From IMG/VR virus record IMGVR_UViG_3300020045_009345, positions 1 through 63,512 of that record: DNA of 63,512 nt. The stretch is one strand, 5' to 3'. Source of the DNA: a virus (lineage: Duplodnaviria > Caudoviricetes). The notes under the pieces were generated by a model, which did not search any database, was not told the origin of the DNA, and worked only from the letters and a program-made list of their open reading frames with translations. The position numbers and the translations under genes are program-made. Of this stretch, positions 39,201-49,200 are shown one piece after another (position 1 is the first letter of the stretch; each line of letters opens with the position of its first letter).

Positions 39201-42200
39201 AGCGGGAACTACTATGGCTATGAATATAGCTAATGCATTATTAGGGATAAAAATTCCAAATATAAAACCTCAGTCGGTAATATCTGACTTCGAAAGAAAT
39301 TATAATGCATATGCCGAGAATAATGGGTTTACGCATACAAAGAAACTTAAGGCCGATTCAGAAGGTAACTCTCCTACTGAGGAAACGGCAAGTGACCAGC
39401 TACAAAAGGATATAAAAGCTAATCAGGCTGATATTATAAGAGTAGATGGCTTGCTGAAAAACACGAAAACAAAAGATGCAAAATATGTACAGGCGTTGAA
39501 AGAGGAGAAAAAATCGCTCACAGAGGCTAAGAAGGAAAATGACTCTATGTGGAATAATTTTTTCGGGGCTCCTGAAAAACCATCTAAAAAAACTGATTCT
39601 AGAATTTCCGAATTGGATGATCAACTTAAAATAGTAAAAGACGCCTATGCTAAATACATTGAACTTCAAAAAACGATTGGAAAAGAGGCTGCAAAACAGC
39701 AAATAACATCTACATATAGTCCGGATTTAAAAAAGATATCTGGAATAGGGAAACTATCTCTTGCATTTACACAAGCTGACTTGAATAAATCTTACAGCCA
39801 AACAGAAGCCGGATTATTAAAGTTAGGTAAAGATGCATCTAAATCGGCTAGATCAGTTTTATTACAGCAAAGCGACTCTAATTTTGAAGAACTAAAACGA
39901 AACATTACAGAAAACTTAGATAAATTAGCATCTACCATAGAACAAACTCAAAAATCAAATGAGTTCTATGAAAAAATGCTTGATCTTACAGGCTCTGAAG
40001 AAGCCGCATCGAAACTGACTAAGTCATTTGGAATGACTATAGGCAATGTTAGGACCGGGATCCAAAATGCGATGTCGGAAGAAATGAAAGTCTCTAATTC
40101 AAAAGGGGGCGTTACTGATTATGGGGTTGGAGTGAATGTATCAAATATACAAGAGGTTCAGGCTGTAATAGAAAAAATGCGCCTAAACGGAGTGGAAAAG
40201 CAAAGAGAGTCTTTACAAAAACTTTTGAATGACCTTATAGATTATGATACTAAACAACTTGACGAGTACTATGGATTCAAGAATAAAATGGAAGAGATGT
40301 ATAGAGACTCTCCATTTTTGGGAACTGGAGCTGCATTTGATATATCAAAATTGGCGGTAAATCTATCTGCCGAGATTCAAAATCGAAACAAGCTTCACGA
40401 TCATATTTTATTAAAAGCTAAAAACAGATTTGAGACTGACAAAAACTACTCTAAAGAGCAATATGATGCCGATGTAGCCTATTCAAACAAAGTATTTGCC
40501 ATAAAAGTAGGAAATGATAAAGCTGAAGCTCAGGAAAAATTAAAAGATATAGCAAAAACTTACGTTGAAGAAAAACTTCAATCGGCTGGATTAGGTAAGG
40601 ATGCAATGAGTGACTTAAGTCAAAAATCATTAACTCAATTAAATTCAAACTTAGAGAAACTTAAGGTTCTACAGGCTGAAATAAAAGCAAATAAAACCCT
40701 ACTCCCAGATGACGTAAAGGCTCAATTAACTACGGCCGGATTATCGCTGGATGATTTCATAAAAGAAGTTGAAAAACTTCTTAAACTTGATATTTCAGAT
40801 AATTTAAAGCAGAAAACAGAAGATATAAAGAAGCATGTAAAAGAAATATTATCTTCTTTATCTCAACTCGGATCAGCAATTTCTAATTTAGGAAAAACAA
40901 CCGGAAATACAAATTTGGCTGGATTAGGAGAGGCTGTGTCTGAAATATCCAACCTGGTGTCTACGGTTGGGGAGGATTTAGCTACCGGCGACTATATAAA
41001 AGCCGGATTAGATACCGCTATGTCAATCGGTACGGCTATCATAAATGATATTGCTCACACTGCCGAACTTAAGGCTAAATTGAAAGAAGTTCAATTAGAA
41101 GTCGAAAAGCAAAGTATAGAAGACTTAATAAATAACAAAGACTCAAGTAATATATTTGGAACTGACTATTGGGACAATGTATCGAGCGTTGTAGATGCAA
41201 TAACTAAAGCGAAAGAAGATTTAGATAAGACCATAGCTGCAGCCAAATCAATGTCATCTAATGGGTCTCAAAGTTGGTATACTGGATTATTAGGCGGTAT
41301 AACCGGGCTTGTCAGCTCCGCGGCCACAGATACCAGCGCATCTGATTATTCCTCTATAGAAGATTTTACTTTTAAGAGCGATAATAAATCTGGATTTATG
41401 AACGCGTTAGGTTTTAAAGACAAATTTAAAACAATAGGCGATGCGGCTAAAGAGCTTGGAGTCGAATTATACGGGACAGATGGAACATTAAATCCTACCT
41501 CATTACAAAAAATATATGATACTTATGCATCTGAAATGGACGCTACCCAGAAGGAGTGGTTTAATGATGCTATAACTTACGCTACTGAATATCAAGCAGC
41601 ATTAACTGCATTAGACACATCAATTACCGAACTATTTGGAAATGTAGCTTCGTCCCTATCTGATTCCATGATGTCAGCATTTGAGACTTATGGAACCACT
41701 GCGTCTGGAATAAAATCAGTATTTGAAGACTTAGGAAATTCAATTACAAAGTCATTAGTTCAATCTGTCATACTTGATGATTTTCTTGATAATTACAAGG
41801 CAAAGTTAAAAGCTATATACGCAGACACTAGTGCATCATCTACGGCGAAGGCTCTTGCGGTGGCTACTCTGGTTGACGAAATGCAATTAGATTTAACTAC
41901 TAATGCAGTTCCAGTAGTTGACGCATTGCTCACTGAATTAAAATCTGCTGGATTATATGATTCTGACACAACCTTAACAGGTATCTCTGGTGCCGTAGCG
42001 TCAATGACAGAGTCTGAAGCCAATACAATGGGTGGATATTTAAATTCCGGACTAGTTCAATGGGTACAGCAAACTGCATTGCAAACAAATATATTAGCAA
42101 CGATAAAAGATATTTCAACTCCTCTCGCTGATATGTACGCATTACAACAACAGGGACTGGCAACAATAAACAACATAAAATCGGATACTGCTCAAATTGT

Positions 42201-42288
42201 ATTATCTTTGGGGTACATTTTAAATAACCAGAAGGATAGCATGATTCAGGGAGGCACTAAAGCAATAAATGTAAGATTATTAAATTAA
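36280..42288 (+). CDS. Tape measure protein
   Basis: 2002 aa, helical; tape-measure motif SPFQIKDL..TKQLAAY..RLADVSAGLGVDMSRLILAYGQV..ELRQFTEAG. Confidence 0.92.
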   Translation: MANEDEELIFPMHLDLDVSKFEPDWLRIEPKLQAVLDKNPLKAKINIDDAALKNAVDQLSKLNGRGSTSGDGMSKVQVSEYNAITKRMNVEARSQQILQRSSLIEEDLSAKRFRTAMASSNAESADLRLSMVRGRANVANNKLAGSEIDLEAKRNRSQKSAIQLQSAELALERAKQRGTSATYSQNTAYQTQQGLLNGLPQFVNSYISILGAYRLGQNIVDTTAEFEMQRVSLAAIIQNKGAADKLFSQDVQLGLQSPFQIKDLISYTKQLAAYRIETDQLYDTTKRLADVSAGLGVDMSRLILAYGQVKAATYLRGTELRQFTEAGLPIIQLLADKFTVLNGKATTTADVFKLISQRGVSFGMVKSVMDDMTNAGGVFFNMQQIQSQTLKGSLSNLTDAYQKMFMEIGNQNMAPMKALVDGIKDLMTNWKEFSNVATTVGLGYGLARLSMLAYNSALGKENAQTIASLQSANAKEASLLRIQRRYLALTPEETSRVRIGKEISDVQISELMSADKLSKSAALRLVYLGKTNAAQELAMISTGKVTSVELELARGRKLTSIQANQYNQSLSKLISTQNGAKMSEEGLATAKMQELRTNTLLLSQSGKLTGERAAAAAEIGLVTDAEVKSAAATSAFSGRFGTVSRALSIAGSGLKSFGIGILGMIQSILPLLAVMATFEGIKWIVESLGSASKESKQQIADSAKAASEYSIELKEAYSNVKKVVERGLLTGADEKEITSARAALQQIVEKNEALKPLVEARLAGLTTEAQKLTEIKTIWDEIKSSVANGGKYVPAISNANASTKNTFGFGGEISTATKFSESIDDLDIQMGKIQTKYAVMTSDLQENLKAHKNAFDSGAEDINKYSQALEALRVVSLKRALAAKPGSQEKVQYGFITDAIERSTGSLSNLKSKSDEFVSYFKNSITTIGEGSKKQNLDWSNNNRNLTKENYNLLNTAIIESEQLFLKSAKEEEKAGTTMAMNIANALLGIKIPNIKPQSVISDFERNYNAYAENNGFTHTKKLKADSEGNSPTEETASDQLQKDIKANQADIIRVDGLLKNTKTKDAKYVQALKEEKKSLTEAKKENDSMWNNFFGAPEKPSKKTDSRISELDDQLKIVKDAYAKYIELQKTIGKEAAKQQITSTYSPDLKKISGIGKLSLAFTQADLNKSYSQTEAGLLKLGKDASKSARSVLLQQSDSNFEELKRNITENLDKLASTIEQTQKSNEFYEKMLDLTGSEEAASKLTKSFGMTIGNVRTGIQNAMSEEMKVSNSKGGVTDYGVGVNVSNIQEVQAVIEKMRLNGVEKQRESLQKLLNDLIDYDTKQLDEYYGFKNKMEEMYRDSPFLGTGAAFDISKLAVNLSAEIQNRNKLHDHILLKAKNRFETDKNYSKEQYDADVAYSNKVFAIKVGNDKAEAQEKLKDIAKTYVEEKLQSAGLGKDAMSDLSQKSLTQLNSNLEKLKVLQAEIKANKTLLPDDVKAQLTTAGLSLDDFIKEVEKLLKLDISDNLKQKTEDIKKHVKEILSSLSQLGSAISNLGKTTGNTNLAGLGEAVSEISNLVSTVGEDLATGDYIKAGLDTAMSIGTAIINDIAHTAELKAKLKEVQLEVEKQSIEDLINNKDSSNIFGTDYWDNVSSVVDAITKAKEDLDKTIAAAKSMSSNGSQSWYTGLLGGITGLVSSAATDTSASDYSSIEDFTFKSDNKSGFMNALGFKDKFKTIGDAAKELGVELYGTDGTLNPTSLQKIYDTYASEMDATQKEWFNDAITYATEYQAALTALDTSITELFGNVASSLSDSMMSAFETYGTTASGIKSVFEDLGNSITKSLVQSVILDDFLDNYKAKLKAIYADTSASSTAKALAVATLVDEMQLDLTTNAVPVVDALLTELKSAGLYDSDTTLTGISGAVASMTESEANTMGGYLNSGLVQWVQQTALQTNILATIKDISTPLADMYALQQQGLATINNIKSDTAQIVLSLGYILNNQKDSMIQGGTKAINVRLLN

Positions 42289-42295
42289 AAATATT

Positions 42296-44245
42296 ATGGC
42301 TGAAATTATAACACAAAATGTATTATCATTAGATGAAGCGAATACACTTATTGGACAAAATACTCAAGCATTAATAATGTATGATACATCTACAGGGGAA
42401 GCTAAAGGATTAGATGCTAATGTACTTATTAATATGAATTCATCAATACAAGATACCGGTAATAAATTTATTAGCGTGATACAATCGCCGTCTCAAGCTA
42501 TAGGATCATCATCAAATAGGCTATCTAAACTGTGGGCTATAGATACTGAATTTACAAATATACCAACAATAAATGGAAATTTATTATTATCAAATGTAAT
42601 TGGGTATAATCCATCTATCGGGATGTCGCAGAATGCCATATATAATAACATATCTCAAGTTGGATATTTATCTAATGGGAGTTTGGCGTTTACGTCAGAA
42701 ACAAGTTTTTACGTAAATTCATCTGGCATAAAAACATCATATGGACTTACAACTCTTCGTGTAGATACCATCCCAATTCCAACAGATGCTATTGAAGTAA
42801 ATTTTGTATCCTTTCTGGATTCAACAGCAGGTAATTATGCTTTTTTAGATAGTTCATCAAACGTGATTAGCGTTTATAAGTCAACAATATCTGGGGCGAC
42901 AAAAAGTTTAGTTCCTCTGGGGTCTGCAACTTTAATCGTAACGAGATGGTATACATATACTCAGTCTGTATCATATAAAAATTTATTATCGACTCAATTT
43001 TCAAATTTGAGATCTAGTGGTATGAATTCTTTTTATATGAAGTCATACATTCCTACATATAGCAATGAAATTGCGAATAACGGAGCTATAAAAACAGGGT
43101 CTTTAAGTACTACTAGAATAGCTATATTTATAATAAATAATACCGATACCATATCTATTAGCACTCACATAGGCGGATCTGGATCAAATCTAAGAAAAAC
43201 GTATGCGTTCTATAGTAGTTTATTTACTGGAACAACTACAGTGCCAGTTAATTATATAAGTGGGTCTGAATCGTCAGCAGCAGACCGAACATTGTCTAAT
43301 TTAAACGTAACAGTTCCTTCTGGAGCTAAAGTATTATTTGTATCTTATGAAAGTACCAATTCATCTCTTCCTACGGTAAATTATTTAACTCCTACGACTA
43401 ATTATGATTTAGGTGCAAAAATAAATAATGATTCGTATCCTACAAATATATTACTAGTTGGAGATAGCCTTACGGCGCTGGGAAGTGGGTATGCTAATTA
43501 TATAAATGTTGGCGGAAGCTATGCTACTATTTACAATACTATATATTCGTATGGCGTAGGAGGTGAGACAACAAAAGGAATATTGGGTAGATTAGGGGCG
43601 ATACCATTTCAACTCTCTACAGATGTATCAATACCCGCAGACTCATCAATAATATCCATTCCTATTGTTTCTTCATGGGATTCAGGTTCAGTAGGGACTT
43701 TGGGCTCTACTTTATATGGACTTAATCCGTGTACAATAAGAGGAGTTACTGGGAATATATCAGTTTCTAGCGGCTCTATCAATTTTTCAAGAATTACATC
43801 CGGAACTTCAATTATCGCTAAATCTGGAGAAATAATAATTCCGACAAGTCCAATATTAAATGACTGTATACTTATTTTATGGATGGGCCAAAACGGAGGG
43901 TTTTCAGATTTTGATGATCTGTTACATCAGTATAAAATTGTCGCAGAGAAATGTAAAACAAAAAAATATATATTCATATCATCGCATTTAAATACGAATG
44001 ATGCATATGAATTATCTATGCGTAAAGAATTTGGATCGAAATACATAAATATGAGAAATTGGTGCGTAAAATATGGTCTCGAAGAATGTGGACTTACTGC
44101 TACGTCAGATGATTTATCTGCTATATCATTGGGTAATTGCCCACCACAATTATTAAGAGATGGAATCCATTTTATTGACTTGGCTAGATCTGCTCAGGCA
44201 TCATTCATAATAAGAAGAGCTAGGGAGTTGAATTATATAATTTAA
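42296..44245 (+). CDS. Virion-associated protein with C-terminal SGNH/GDSL esterase
   Basis: LLVGDSLT (block I), YGVGGETT (II), WMGQNGG (III), DGIHF (V); Ser/Thr-rich beta N-terminal part. Confidence 0.8.
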   Translation: MAEIITQNVLSLDEANTLIGQNTQALIMYDTSTGEAKGLDANVLINMNSSIQDTGNKFISVIQSPSQAIGSSSNRLSKLWAIDTEFTNIPTINGNLLLSNVIGYNPSIGMSQNAIYNNISQVGYLSNGSLAFTSETSFYVNSSGIKTSYGLTTLRVDTIPIPTDAIEVNFVSFLDSTAGNYAFLDSSSNVISVYKSTISGATKSLVPLGSATLIVTRWYTYTQSVSYKNLLSTQFSNLRSSGMNSFYMKSYIPTYSNEIANNGAIKTGSLSTTRIAIFIINNTDTISISTHIGGSGSNLRKTYAFYSSLFTGTTTVPVNYISGSESSAADRTLSNLNVTVPSGAKVLFVSYESTNSSLPTVNYLTPTTNYDLGAKINNDSYPTNILLVGDSLTALGSGYANYINVGGSYATIYNTIYSYGVGGETTKGILGRLGAIPFQLSTDVSIPADSSIISIPIVSSWDSGSVGTLGSTLYGLNPCTIRGVTGNISVSSGSINFSRITSGTSIIAKSGEIIIPTSPILNDCILILWMGQNGGFSDFDDLLHQYKIVAEKCKTKKYIFISSHLNTNDAYELSMRKEFGSKYINMRNWCVKYGLEECGLTATSDDLSAISLGNCPPQLLRDGIHFIDLARSAQASFIIRRARELNYII

Positions 44246-44250
44246 TAGCT

Positions 44251-44775
44251 ATGCCAAGAATTTGCAACATGTCAATTCAGATAGGAAATGGAGATATAGT
44301 AGATATTTCTACATTAGGGTTTTATTTGATAAAATCAGATGATCTTGTCACAGCTCCAATTAAGGACTACGAAAAACAAGAATACCCGGAGTCGGCATCT
44401 GTTGAATTATATCCATATACGACTAAAAAACCATTTGATTATTCGGTGACATTATTGGCTATTGGCAAACAGAATGAGATAAATAATATAGTTAATTCAT
44501 TTTGGGATTCATTATTTGAAATTATTCCTGGCTCTGATCTGCGAAAGGCGCTTCCAATTACGATATACAATTATTGGAAGGGAGTACAATTAACAGGATA
44601 TGCAAAATCAAATGATCCAGAGTCGCATTATCCAAAAATAATTGAATACGAAAAATCTGCATATACGTTTAAACTTGTATTATATGTAACTGACCCAAGA
44701 ACATTATTACCTATAGTACAAACCGACAACAACGATTCATTTCCATATATATTACCATTTACATTAATATCATGA
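44251..44775 (+). CDS. Distal tail (Dit-like) protein
   Basis: APIKDY..EYPE..PFDYSV..IYNYWKGVQLTGY; position. Confidence 0.6.
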   Translation: MPRICNMSIQIGNGDIVDISTLGFYLIKSDDLVTAPIKDYEKQEYPESASVELYPYTTKKPFDYSVTLLAIGKQNEINNIVNSFWDSLFEIIPGSDLRKALPITIYNYWKGVQLTGYAKSNDPESHYPKIIEYEKSAYTFKLVLYVTDPRTLLPIVQTDNNDSFPYILPFTLIS

Positions 44776-46214
44776 AGATAACTTATTACGATAAAATAGA
44801 AGGATCACAATTTACTCCAGCTGATGCTAATGAGGTGAAGGAAGCTGTAAATTCAAATGATGATGAATTAGAAAATAAAGTAGATAAAATTACTGGAAGT
44901 CGATTAGTCTCTGATACTGAAATTGATTACTGGAATAACAAACCATCATCGGTATCCAAATCAGATGTTGGTCTAGGAAACGTAGATAACACATCCGACA
45001 TAAATAAACCTATTTCTACGTCAACTCAGACAGCTTTGGACGGTAAGCAGCCATTATTAAATGGGAATGGACTATTAAAGATGACTGATTCATCCGTTGG
45101 ATATATGGATCCATCCATATTTGTAACTTTAGTCAATGGGAAGATACCATTGTCTGAAATTCCAACTTCGGAAGTCACTAGCGGAACTCCGACGTTAGGA
45201 GAAAGTTTTGGTGGTGGAAAAATATTTCATGTATTAGTTTCCGGCGAAACTGGATACGAATCAGGGAAAACAAAAGTACTTATAGCTGCGAATGTTGATG
45301 TTTCTACTTCGGTTAGATGGTCATATCCGTCCCTTTATGATTCTGAATTTGGTAATTATCAGCAACAGTCAATAGGCACTACTCTTGACGCCATAGGAGA
45401 AGGCAAAAATAATACCGACGAATTGCTCGTATTATTAAATACTAATGCCAATCCAGCAGCTGATAACAATTACGCTATAAAATTAGCTAGATCGTATACT
45501 GGAGGCGGATTTTCAGATTGGTCATTACCATCATTTAATGAGCAGGTAGCATTAAAAACCTCTGGCGTTATAACTGGATTTGTGAGTAATTATTACTGGA
45601 CTTCATCGGAAACTAATGATGGGAATAATGATACTAAATTCGCCAATCCGGTAACAGGGTCAACCGGCTCCGGAGATAGAGCTGCCACGTTAGCAGTAAG
45701 GCCTATTAGAGTGGCGGAATATTCGACAACGGACGGAGTTGTATTAAAGTCAAAGGCTAATATAGATTATTCAACTGACATTCATTCAAATATAACTGCT
45801 TTAAATTTAGTTTCAGGGACGAATACCGGAGATCAGAGTTTAACCGGGCTAGTTCCTAAGACATATACAGTTAATGGGCATGCCTTGAGTGGAAATGTAG
45901 TTATAGTGAAAGCCGATATAGGTCTAGGAAACGTAGATAATACTAGCGATCTAAATAAACCCATTTCTACGGCAGTACAGGCGGCAATAGATAATGCAGC
46001 GACTATTTCGGGCTCTGGATCTGGTACCGGAACAACAACAACTATAACAATTGGCTCTACCTTATCAAATGATACATACAAAGTTCATATAACTCCTACA
46101 TCAGCCAATATAGGCAATAGTTACGTCACTAACAAAACTACGACTACATTTGACGTCATGTATGTAAATTCAGTAGTCGGAACTGGAACTTTTGATTGGA
46201 CTTTATTTAAATAA
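44772..46214 (+). CDS. Tail fibre / receptor-binding protein with DUF1566(Lcl)-like C-type lectin domain
   Basis: Two GLGNVDNTSD fibre repeats; GGGKIF..GKNNT..GGFSDWSLPS.NE..YWTSSE..VRPIR. Confidence 0.75.
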   Translation: MKITYYDKIEGSQFTPADANEVKEAVNSNDDELENKVDKITGSRLVSDTEIDYWNNKPSSVSKSDVGLGNVDNTSDINKPISTSTQTALDGKQPLLNGNGLLKMTDSSVGYMDPSIFVTLVNGKIPLSEIPTSEVTSGTPTLGESFGGGKIFHVLVSGETGYESGKTKVLIAANVDVSTSVRWSYPSLYDSEFGNYQQQSIGTTLDAIGEGKNNTDELLVLLNTNANPAADNNYAIKLARSYTGGGFSDWSLPSFNEQVALKTSGVITGFVSNYYWTSSETNDGNNDTKFANPVTGSTGSGDRAATLAVRPIRVAEYSTTDGVVLKSKANIDYSTDIHSNITALNLVSGTNTGDQSLTGLVPKTYTVNGHALSGNVVIVKADIGLGNVDNTSDLNKPISTAVQAAIDNAATISGSGSGTGTTTTITIGSTLSNDTYKVHITPTSANIGNSYVTNKTTTTFDVMYVNSVVGTGTFDWTLFK

Positions 46215-46220
46215 TAAATA

Positions 46221-49200
46221 ATGAGAAAGAGATTATATACCGAAAAGGAACTCACGCTTGGATTTAATTCTAAAGTATTAACATTTAATGATCAAATACT
46301 TACATTTTATTCAAGGGGATTAACGTATTTTGATGTGGAAGGCTTCACTTATACGGAAGCTGAAATGGGCGAGGCTACTATAAATTTAGATATGTTTGTT
46401 GAGCCATCATTAGTTCCTGAATTTAGTAGATTCTGGTATGTAGATTACAGGGGCGAAAGATACTATTTGTCCACATTAACTCCAACTTGTGTAAAAGATA
46501 CATCGTCATTAAGATATAAATATACACTTATATTTAAATCTCAACGCGCAGACCTAGAAAGATACGAGTTTGCTGATTTTGTTTCTGCATCTTCAACTGT
46601 CACTCAGCCTATATCATACAGCCCTACATTAGCCTTGACTGTGCAGGGTTTCGTAGAACGATTTAATACCAATCTAAATTATTATTTCGGCGCCGGAGTA
46701 TGGCAGATGGTACTTAATAGTACATATATGGATAATATTAATACGACCATATATAATGGAACCGATACGGTAACTACATCATTTTCTCGCGAAACGTTAT
46801 GGAGCCTACTGACTGGTCTGTACGATATATACGGACTTAGATGGAAAATATCATCTATAGATGGAATAATGACTATAACTCTGGGATATACTCCTGACGT
46901 GATAGATCATATATTTGAATATGGCAAGGATAAAGGATTAATAAGTATAGAAAGAACCAATTCGAGTCCAAAAGTCTATACTAGATTATCCGGCAGGGGG
47001 TCTGATAAAAATTTACCATACAGATATTTTGATTCAGCCACAGCAGACTATATTCAAGACCCTGATCATAATGAATATACAGAGACTATCCCGTATACTA
47101 ATTTAATGACTAAGTCATATAGAGATTATGTGAAAGGATGGAATGATGCCAGTATAGGGTCTGCGCCGGAATCTTCTTTATATGCTTATTCATTAGGATA
47201 CACAGACAAACAAAATGGGAATAATTTTAATCCAGTTGATTATGTTCATTCGGAATCAGCGGAAGAATTCTATGGAATCCGAAAGGGATCCGTAGCTGAT
47301 AATTCAGATATTTACCCGACATTTCAAGATACGTCAACCGCTTCTTTAGGCTATTTAGATGAGGTTATTGCCGTGGAACAAGTATTAAATGATGATTACG
47401 ACTCGACCGACGCTAGCTTAAATAGGATAGTCACAGAGGCTGTTACTTATTCCGGGTATGAGCGGTCGGCTAGCATGAATAATACCTGGTCTTTAAAATC
47501 AAGTCAATTCCAAGCCTCATCCGAAACTGACATACTATCATTTATAGTAACACTTGATGTGAGTAGTAGCTATTCGAATACTTTTACGTATGATTATAAT
47601 TACACAGTAGAAGTAGTTAGCGCAATGGGCACGGTCGGGGAGACGGTAGTTAATTCATCTACATTTTCAGTAGCAAATGCCTCAACATCGAGTCTGAGTC
47701 AGTCATTTTTATTTCCTGACGAATTCGGACTGGGCGAATCAGACTTTAACATAAGGGTGACTTCTTATTTTAAAAATGACACTGGTAGACAGATGTTCTA
47801 CGAACAGGGAATTACCGCCGTAACTTTGCGTCAAAAAATATCATACGAACAGACTTTCGATATTTGGATAAAAAATATATGGGATTCTACATTTCAAGAC
47901 ATAGGGCATGAAAGCGAGACAGAGGATGATTATATGCATAGAATTTGGGACCCTTTAATTGCCCCAAATGTTCAAATGACAGTTATGTTTTCATCCGGTT
48001 TACTAGCTGGCGATTATGAATTTTTAATAGCGGTACCAAGCGACTCAACAAATTATTATATTTACCATGATGAAAGCGAATCATTAAATGGGATTCAATC
48101 TCATTGGAGGCTAGGACTTATAAAATCCGACGCAAATTTAGAGTCCACTAAGCTAATGCTCCCAAATATGACAATAAATGCTTCGGCTGGAGATAAATTC
48201 TTTCTGACGAATATTGAAATGCCATATTACCCTTATGTTTACCAGGCTGAACAGCGGCTTGAAGCTTATCTGGCTACAGAATTAGATAAAACGGATACTG
48301 AAAATCCCACTTATTCCATAAAACCTTCAGCAGTATTTTTAGAATTAAATTCCTCAATAAATAATTCTATAAAAATAGGGTCTATGGCAAGAATATTTGA
48401 TAACCAAATATTCGGTAACATATATGTAAATATTACTATAACTAATTTAACCATACAATACAAAACCGGAGTATTACTTCCAGAATGGAATATAACTATA
48501 GCAGATGAACCTACTTCAAATAAAAACTCAATTCAAATAATCCAAGGCGATGTAAAAGTTCTTAGTGGAAATCTACTATCGGCACAACAATTAACTGAGC
48601 AAATAGAATTACAACTCGATAGTAGATATTTGAGAAAAGATGGAGAAGCCCAAACGTCGGCATCTCAAACAACATTTACGGACACTACGTTTCTTGATGG
48701 TACGGTTAGATCTACCTCTTACCTGCAAGGTCAAATGGGTGGATATGGGTATTCACTATACAAAGATGCAAATAGTAATTATGTTTTTGAAATAGATAAA
48801 TTAAGCGTTAGAAAAACATTAACTGTAAATGAGTTGATTATAAACCAAGTATCTATTTACGGTGGGATACACGTTTATTCCGCTGCGGCTATGACTATAT
48901 CAAATGTAGACTCATCCAATTCGGCCTACGACGTTTGTTATTTAGATATAAAAGGAGGCACTGTACTTAACCAATTTGTGGCAGGAGATCATGCTTATTG
49001 CCAAAGATTCAATCCGGAGTCAAATGAACTTATAAAATACTACTGGAGAGAAGTTGTTTTAACCGGAGATAATTTCATTGCTATATCTAAAACTGGTGGT
49101 GACGGAGATAGCATCCCGGCTATAGGAGATAACGTGGCACAACTTGGGAATAATTCAAATATAGCACGTCAATCTGCTTTAATTATTGACCAGATAAATG

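Noticed and set aside
44772-46214. Complete diversity-generating retroelement
   Set aside because: A lectin-like target fold is present but no reverse transcriptase or template repeat was seen.
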